NCBI GenBank assembly: GCA_964106645.2 | Contig: OZ067046.1 | Origin: Podarcis pityusensis | Taxonomy: Eukaryota | Length of the DNA stretch: 64,000 nt | Strand: one strand, 5' to 3' | Shown: positions 38,401 through 64,000 of the stretch, one piece after another | Numbering within the stretch: the first letter of the stretch is position 1 | How the letters are laid out: every line of letters starts with the position of its first letter | Program-made: the position numbers and the translations under genes | The notes under the pieces: model-generated | What the model was told of the DNA's origin: nothing | The model's database searches: none | What the model saw: the letters and a program-made list of their open reading frames with translations, nothing else

Positions 38401-40106
38401 TATGAATATTGTAATCATAGTTTTCGTTATCTGACAGGACTGGTGAACGTGCTATACTTTATGGAGGCCTAGTGATTATCTTGGTTGGATTCTTTGTCTT
38501 ACTACCTTGGGGACATCAGTTACCTAACATCCAGTGGGAAGGTACAAATATTAATATTAAACTTTTAAGCTTCCTACTGAATATCTGTATATGATACCTT
38601 TTATTTGCTTTTTCACAGACATAAAGAATAATTCTATTCCAAGAATGACTTTTGGTGAAAGCCTTGCCTCTCTCCGGACACTAGAATGGATGCTTCCATC
38701 CAGTAATACTACTGAAGCAACAGGATGTCCTATGTCACAGTCCTGGTGCCTCTATACTCCAGTCATCTATTTGGGCCAATATATCACTACTGTCATTCTA
38801 CTAGGACTTGGTTATCCAGCCTGTAATGTCATGTCTTACACTTTATATTCAAAAATCATAGGACCAAAGCCCCAGGTAAGAAATATGTGTGTGATGTGTG
38901 TAGATAAGGTCTTTTCTACAAATAACAAAATTAATTTCTAATTTTGCTAGAAACTTTTGCAGGAGTGCCAGTAACCTTACTGAACTTGGAATAATGTTTC
39001 ATTGTCAAGAGGAAAGAGTGTTTTCTTGCTGGAGGAGTTCTGCACCATCACACAAAGAAAATACCATAGAGCAGTGGCACTTTGTTGTAGTCTAGTCAAT
39101 CCAATTGTAGCAGGGGAGGTCACAAGTTATATCCAACTAAACCATTGCATATGTGGGATGGAGCTCCTCGTCCCACATCCCTTGCATCAACCCCAAATCT
39201 GCTCTGGATTTAGTCCAGCATCCTGCTCTCACTGCAACCAACCAGATGCCTGTGGGAAGCCCACAAGCAAGATCTGAGTGCAACAGTTTCCCCTCCTGCA
39301 TTTCTCACCAGCAGGTATTCAGGCACATCCTGCCTCTGACAGTCTTATGTGTCTGTCTGATACAGGGAAAAACTACTCATCCTTCCCAAGTTTATTCTTT
39401 CTCCCATTTCTTCTGTACCCTTCACATCTTCCTGTGGTGTCTGTGGGAAAGTGAGGCCTCAGGAGTGTCAAGACTATGCAGCTCCAAGTGAGAGTGAAGA
39501 AAGTACCATATGCCACTCCCTTAGAACACATGCTGCCAAGTTATGTGTGGCAGAGAAAGTGGCCTTGTTTACACAACAAACTATGTAGCAGCAAGACAGG
39601 ATATGTAGAAATTGAAGTTAAATGCCACATAAGTCTGTTTCCTGGCCACATTAGAGGGGATATGCAAAGCCATGGGTTCACTTTTGGGCCCATTCCAGCT
39701 TTTCTATCAAATGTTTGTATGCAAACATCTAGTTAAATTGTCTTTTTTTAAAAAGGTGGCCTAAAAGTCAATTTTAATCAATTTTAGAGTTAGAAATAAG
39801 TTTTTTTGATAAGAATGGCTTGATAATAGCTTGTGTTTGAATGTTTCAGAAGTTTCGCATCAGCACTCAAAATTCTCTGATCTGTTCTAGGGTGTCTACA
39901 TGGGCTGGTTGACTGCCTCTGGAAGTGCTGCACGTATACTTGGCCCAGTCTTTGTCAGTCAACTCTACACGTACTTGGGACCCCGCTGGGCATTCAGCTT
40001 GATATGTGGAATTGTTCTCCTCTCTCTTTTACTTTTGGAAATTGTGTACAAGAGACTTGTTGCATTTTCTGTCCTATATCAGAGACTTCAAGAGCAGACC
40101 TCCTAG
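29243..40106 (+). CDS. MFSD8: Major facilitator superfamily domain-containing protein 8 (CLN7), 531 aa. Exons 29243-29322, 30516-30607, 31674-31717, 32318-32558, 33285-33398, 34277-34421, 35429-35487, 35917-36025, 38048-38182, 38438-38541, 38619-38875, 39891-40106
   Basis: N-terminal acidic dileucine signal (QEEPLL), [50 protein letters not shown]-terminal YQRL; 1596 nt, all GT-AG, phases consistent. Confidence 0.96.
29477..29958 (-). mobile_element. 5'-truncated BovB LINE
   Basis: [21 protein letters not shown]...[12 protein letters not shown], (CAA)n tail, 12-bp TSD TGATTGGGGGTT. Confidence 0.95.
30234..30404. mobile_element. hAT-type MITE
   Basis: CAGGGGTTGTCAACCT...AGGTTGACTATCCCTG, 8-bp TSD TCGTAGAG/TCATAGAG. 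Confidence 0.85.
30702..30944. mobile_element. Tc1/mariner-pogo type MITE
   Basis: CAGTCGTACCTTGGTT...AACCAAGGTACGACT(A), TA flanks. Confidence 0.85.
36213..36248 (+). pseudogene. 3'-truncated U2 snRNA pseudogene (about nt 1-36)
   Basis: ATCTCTTCTCAGCCTTTTGGCTAAGGTCAAGTGTAG vs U2 ATCGCTTCTCGGCCTTTTGGCTAAGATCAAGTGTAG (3 mismatches); rest of U2 absent. Confidence 0.85.
36371..36629. mobile_element. Tc1/mariner-superfamily MITE
   Basis: CCGTATTTTTTGCTCTATAAGA...TCTTATAGAGCAAAAAATACGG, TA flanks, internal palindrome. Confidence 0.85.
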
Positions 40107-40853
40107 CTGTGGGTAACTATTATTCAAATATTTTTTTTGTAGCCAATGTGTCCTATAGAAATGCTATGTTTTACTGCTGATAATTTATTGTCAGACATAT
40201 CACTGGTACAGCACTGAACATGATAATGAAACTGTTTTGATGCATATCGTTCCAAAAGTTCACACAGTTCCTAATTCTACTTACTGTGGTAGTGTACTTC
40301 TTAAAATGCCTCGATTCTGTGAATCAGGTCTTATTAAAAGTGTTTTTCAAACACAACTTGAAAAAACTTTGTATTTAGGCACTTTTATAATTAGCTACCT
40401 CTTCTAAATTTTAACGAGTGCTTTCTAACATGACTTAGCAGAAACTAATAAATGGTCTCACTTAAAAGTGTCTTGTTGACAGTTCTTGTTTTATAATCGT
40501 ACAGAATATTTTATACAAAGGAAATTGTTTCAGAGCATTTTTTGGGTTGGACAGAAGTACAGCCAAGGGACAACTGTCCAAGATGAGAAAGAAGAGTGTT
40601 GCACCCAAGGAGCAGGGTTTCACTGGCACGGAATCCTTCCACCTCTGTGACACAGCCCTCCCTGGTCATGATAATACATCAGACCATCTGCTGCAGGAGG
40701 AAAGCTATACAAGCTGTGTTTTTACTTGTGCAAGCATTTGGATACAACTCCATATGCGCAGATGTGCAAATGATTATGATTGCTATTGTAGAAGTGCAAT
40801 TTTATTGACAAATTATAGTGTATTTAGTAGAACATACCTCAGCATTTGTGTTG

Positions 40854-40893
40854 AATAAAGCAAGGGGTCTGAACAGTTACCACTGCATTTATT
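40854..40893. terminator. Opposed candidate poly(A) signals: AATAAA + (40854-40859, MFSD8) and AATAAA - (40893-40888, PLK4)
   Basis: Canonical hexamers between the two convergent stop codons; usage not shown. Confidence 0.5.
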
Positions 40894-41365
40894 TTTTAAA
40901 GGTTCTTTGCAGGGTTATATCATTAGAAAAACAGTTAGAAAAATATAAAAATTATAAAACAATACACTTTACATATCAGCTGAAAGTAACATAAAATACA
41001 AAGTATTTACAGGCACAAATACTGTAACTGCAGAGATGTGCTTTGATGCCAGAGTTATAAGAACAGTAGAGAATAACACACAAACACACATACAGAGTTC
41101 AGACTCCCTTCATGGAAAGTAACAAGCACCAGTGGTCACAGCAGTTTCTATAATCCATTATATAAAAATGCAAGTAATTTGGCCTTGATTGGTCATACTT
41201 TAAAAAGCTTTACAAGTGCTTAGCTAAGCAGAACACAGCAACTCTTATGGTCATATGCTTTAACCAGTCAGGAAGGTCCGAGTTCATTGAAGAAGCTCTG
41301 CTTCATGCCACCACAGTAGGTAATTTCATCACCACCAAGTTATTAGCCTTCATGTTCCAAGTTTG

Positions 41366-60891
<19,526 letters not shown>

Positions 60892-60943
60892 GGCGGCGGC
60901 GGCGCTCGCTCTTCCCCGCGTCACTCTCTTCCTTTCCTATAAG

Positions 60944-60952
60944 CTACCACAT
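60944..60952 (-). other. Minimal uORF ATG-TGG-TAG in PLK4 5' UTR
   Basis: GCCATGTGGTAG ending 52 nt upstream of the main ATG. Confidence 0.65.
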
Positions 60953-61049
60953 GGCCGGGTAATGCGCGTCTCTTTCGCCACCGTTGCCGCTCCGCAGGCC
61001 TCTCCCTCCCCGCTACGGGGGTCGGGGAGAAACCCCTTCCTTGAGGGGC

Positions 61050-61112
61050 TCCATTTTGAAAATCCCGCCCGTTACCAAAGCCGCCTTTGCGTCACTTGCG
61101 CATGACGCCATC
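61050..61112 (-). promoter_or_regulatory. PLK4 core promoter: CHR TTTGAA (61055-61060), adjacent CDE/E2F-like CCCGCC, CRE-like TGCGTCA and TGACGCCA, NRF1-like TGCGCATG
   Basis: Motifs seen directly in a CpG island; same classes of element known to control mammalian PLK4. Confidence 0.7.
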
Positions 61113-61689
61113 ACGCCGTCCCCTCCGCCTATCCCCTGGCTCCTTGGGAGCGGGGCGGGGCGCCGTAAGGCTGTTTGCGGCCTCGGAGAAAAGCCGTGCA
61201 GAAGGGCGCGTGCGCGGTACAAGTCAGTGTTCTCTGCTAGGCTTGCTGAGGAAACCCGCCCTCTAGTGGCAAGGATGCGGAACGTCCATGTTTTCATTTG
61301 CTTTTCTTTGTTTGTGAAGAACGTAAGCAGAGCTCCGCTGGGTCGAAGTCATCCCGGCAGCCTTAGCCGACCAGACGCTGCTAAGGAAACCCAGGAGCAG
61401 GGCGTAAATGTCATGGCCCTCCTCCGGTCTCTTCCCACCGCATTGTTCCTTAAATGTACACTACGCAGCTCACCTCTCGCTATGCTGCCTCTTCATGCTA
61501 GCCTACCTTCCGGAGTTGCTGTGAAGAGAAAAGAGAAAGAACCACGTGTCCTGCCTCGAGCTTCTTGGAGTAAAGGCAGGACGGAAATAATTCAACATAT
61601 TCTGTGCGTGAATTCCACAAGTTGACTATGTGTTGTGCAAAGTACTTCTTTTGTGTCTCCTGAATCTTTTTTAAAAAAACATTTTTAAT

Positions 61690-62210
61690 TCAACTTCATG
61701 TCAGTATCTGTACACAGTTCATTGCCTCAGTTATATTGCTCCTTGCCACCCCAAACTCCGACATTCCAGCGGTCCCACATTGCACCAAGCCACTTAATCC
61801 TCCTCAATCACCAAGGCTATCCAAAACATAAGTTCCCTGAGGGACAGTTCGCGAAACAAAACAATTACAATACAATAAAAATGAGTGCTGTAAAAACCAT
61901 TACAAACTAAAAACACAGTTAAAACCCAAGTTCAAAATTAAGAGGGCCGTGCCATAATGAGACACAAGTTGTTTAAAAGCACTGAATAAACAAGATCCAC
62001 CTGCAGCATAAAAGAGGGCAAAGATGAGTTCAGGCAAACTTCTCTGGGAACAGTGTGACGTAATCAAGATGCCACTACTAAAAAGATCCTGTCTCTGGTG
62101 ATTACTCAGCTCACTTCATTTGGCAGCAACAATTGGCCTCTGGGAAAGATAATAAGGTTCAGGTAGGTACAGAAGGTACATAAGTGGGTACATAAGGTAC
62201 ATTCAGGTAA
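61690..62210 (-). mobile_element. Old L2-like LINE fragment
   Basis: Weak resemblance to reverse L2 3' region; highly diverged. Confidence 0.35.
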
Positions 62211-64000
62211 CCTGATTTATGAGAAAGAATTGCAATCAGCTTTTTTTTTCTTCCTCTGAGTTAAATAATAGATATGCAATTTGAACAATGCTGTTGCCGT
62301 ATGAACATCATGAATAAAAAAACCAGCACAGCACATTGGAGTGTGAACACAGTCTAAGCCTCATTGATTTGAATGACATTTCTTGCCAAACAAGGCTTGT
62401 AATCCTATTCATGCTTATTTGTGATTAAGCTCCACTGAACTTGGAGGAATTATTTCCAAATAAACATTTATAGGACTGAGCAAGCAATAAGTACATTTAG
62501 GAATGTGGACTTAAATTCAGCTGGTTAGGTTTTTTGGTTTGGGAAGGGTTGTTTGTACATACATGCATGACCTCAAGGGGGCATCTGAGGGGGGATTTAC
62601 AAACAAATCTTGGGCGTAAGTGTTTGGTAGAATTATGAAGATTTACAGCACAATCATGAGCATGTTTACTCTGTTAAAAAAGTCTCACTGTGTTCAGTTG
62701 GGTTTACTCCCAGGTAATTATGCATAGGATTGCAGTCTTAATATACATAGATGGAATCCTATACATGTCTATGCAATCATATCTAAGAAATAGCAGAGGA
62801 GATGCACTGTGTTAATAGATTTTTCTTCTAAAAATGAGTATTGAATAGAACAGCAGCAACTCAAGGGCAAGACGGCTGGAAGAAATTGCTGACATGTATT
62901 TCTCCCTCATTTGGTGGGCAAGGGAATCTTTCTTACGTTGTTCAATTTGACCTTTAATCTAGACTCCAGTGTCCTTTTCAGATGGCGTTTAACTGAATAA
63001 ATGGTGAAGAGTACCTCTCAGCAGCTTATCACACACTTGTGATTTCCTTTTGTGGACTTTTTAATTTCTCTTTATGACATGTACTTCTTTATTTTGCTCA
63101 CTTAATTTTTAGTGCATAATGTCAAACTATCAGTATGAATTAGTGTAACACATTAATCTGTTCCCTTCCTTGCTTAGGCTGTATACAGCTATTTGCTTGT
63201 CATAAATGCATTTGTTCAAGTTTCTTCCCTGTCAGATGCTGTTTATTGCTGATTAGGATTTCTAGTCAAGCTTGATAAAGAGATGCATAATTTTCAAGCT
63301 GTATCATCTTCGCTCTTTAATTTATTACACACATTTTGCCATTCCTGTCTCTTGTACTTAGAGTTAAATGCAGGAGGTCAGCAGCACAGTGCTAGTAGGT
63401 GCATCACTTACAATTCCTTTGGAAAGCCATGCTGAGACTGTGAATAAGCGCTTACACTTCTTATGGTCTGTCATACCGTATCAGCAACAATGTTGAGATT
63501 TGTTAATTAGCAAGACGGTTGTGGGAAAATTGCCTGTGTCTTTGTGTCTCTGAAAATTGACATTTCCGTTGTTGTTAGTCAAACCACTATGATCTATGGA
63601 AGAATTTGCTAGCTTTTGTAGAAGCTTCAGAACAGAGGCAGCTTTAGCCCAGTGCTCTGGGAAGACCCTCCCACACAGTTGGTATTCAAATAGCCCTTTT
63701 CATAAATACTGAAAGCATGTCACAAATATTGTCTCAGCAATCTTTACAACATTCTCTAAAATATGCCAATATAAATATGTATTGCAGATTGGAGCCCAAG
63801 CCTCAGTGGTTTGCTAAAGGCCACACAACAGATATACAACCAAGCTGAAATTTGTGTCATGAATTTCTGCCTCATATGTCATGTTCTTCATTACAATATC
63901 ATACCAACTCCACTGTGAATGTATTGGCCCTACAACTGTACGCACACTATACCCTTAAAGCACATTCAAAGCATATTTCCCCTCCCTAAAGAATTCTGGG

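Noticed and set aside
61700-64000. 3' end of HSPA4L expected from synteny
   Set aside because: No recognisable coding exon in the window

Overview
Vertebrate genomic DNA from a squamate, most likely a lacertid lizard (Sauria SINEs, BovB, squamate L2/CR1/RTE, Tc1/pogo and hAT MITEs). It carries the conserved amniote block LARP1B(-, 5' end only) - ABHD18(-) - MFSD8/CLN7(+) - PLK4(-). I reconstructed the coding exons by hand with consistent splice phases: ABHD18 12 exons/462 aa including a U12 AT-AC intron and a 28-nt micro-exon, MFSD8 12 exons/531 aa, PLK4 16 exons/968 aa, and the first three LARP1B exons. Best leads: (1) a second CpG island in PLK4 intron 1 holding an in-frame alternative first exon; (2) a 713-bp nested fold-back in PLK4 intron 7, upstream of an exon that begins with a perfect 5' splice site; (3) a LARP1-like N-terminus on LARP1B whose polyQ codons can pair with an intronic CUG run across the first donor; (4) a 36-nt U2 snRNA 5' fragment and a Tc1 transposase kept open by compensating frameshifts. 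Gene identities come from recalled similarity to human orthologues; no database search was run.
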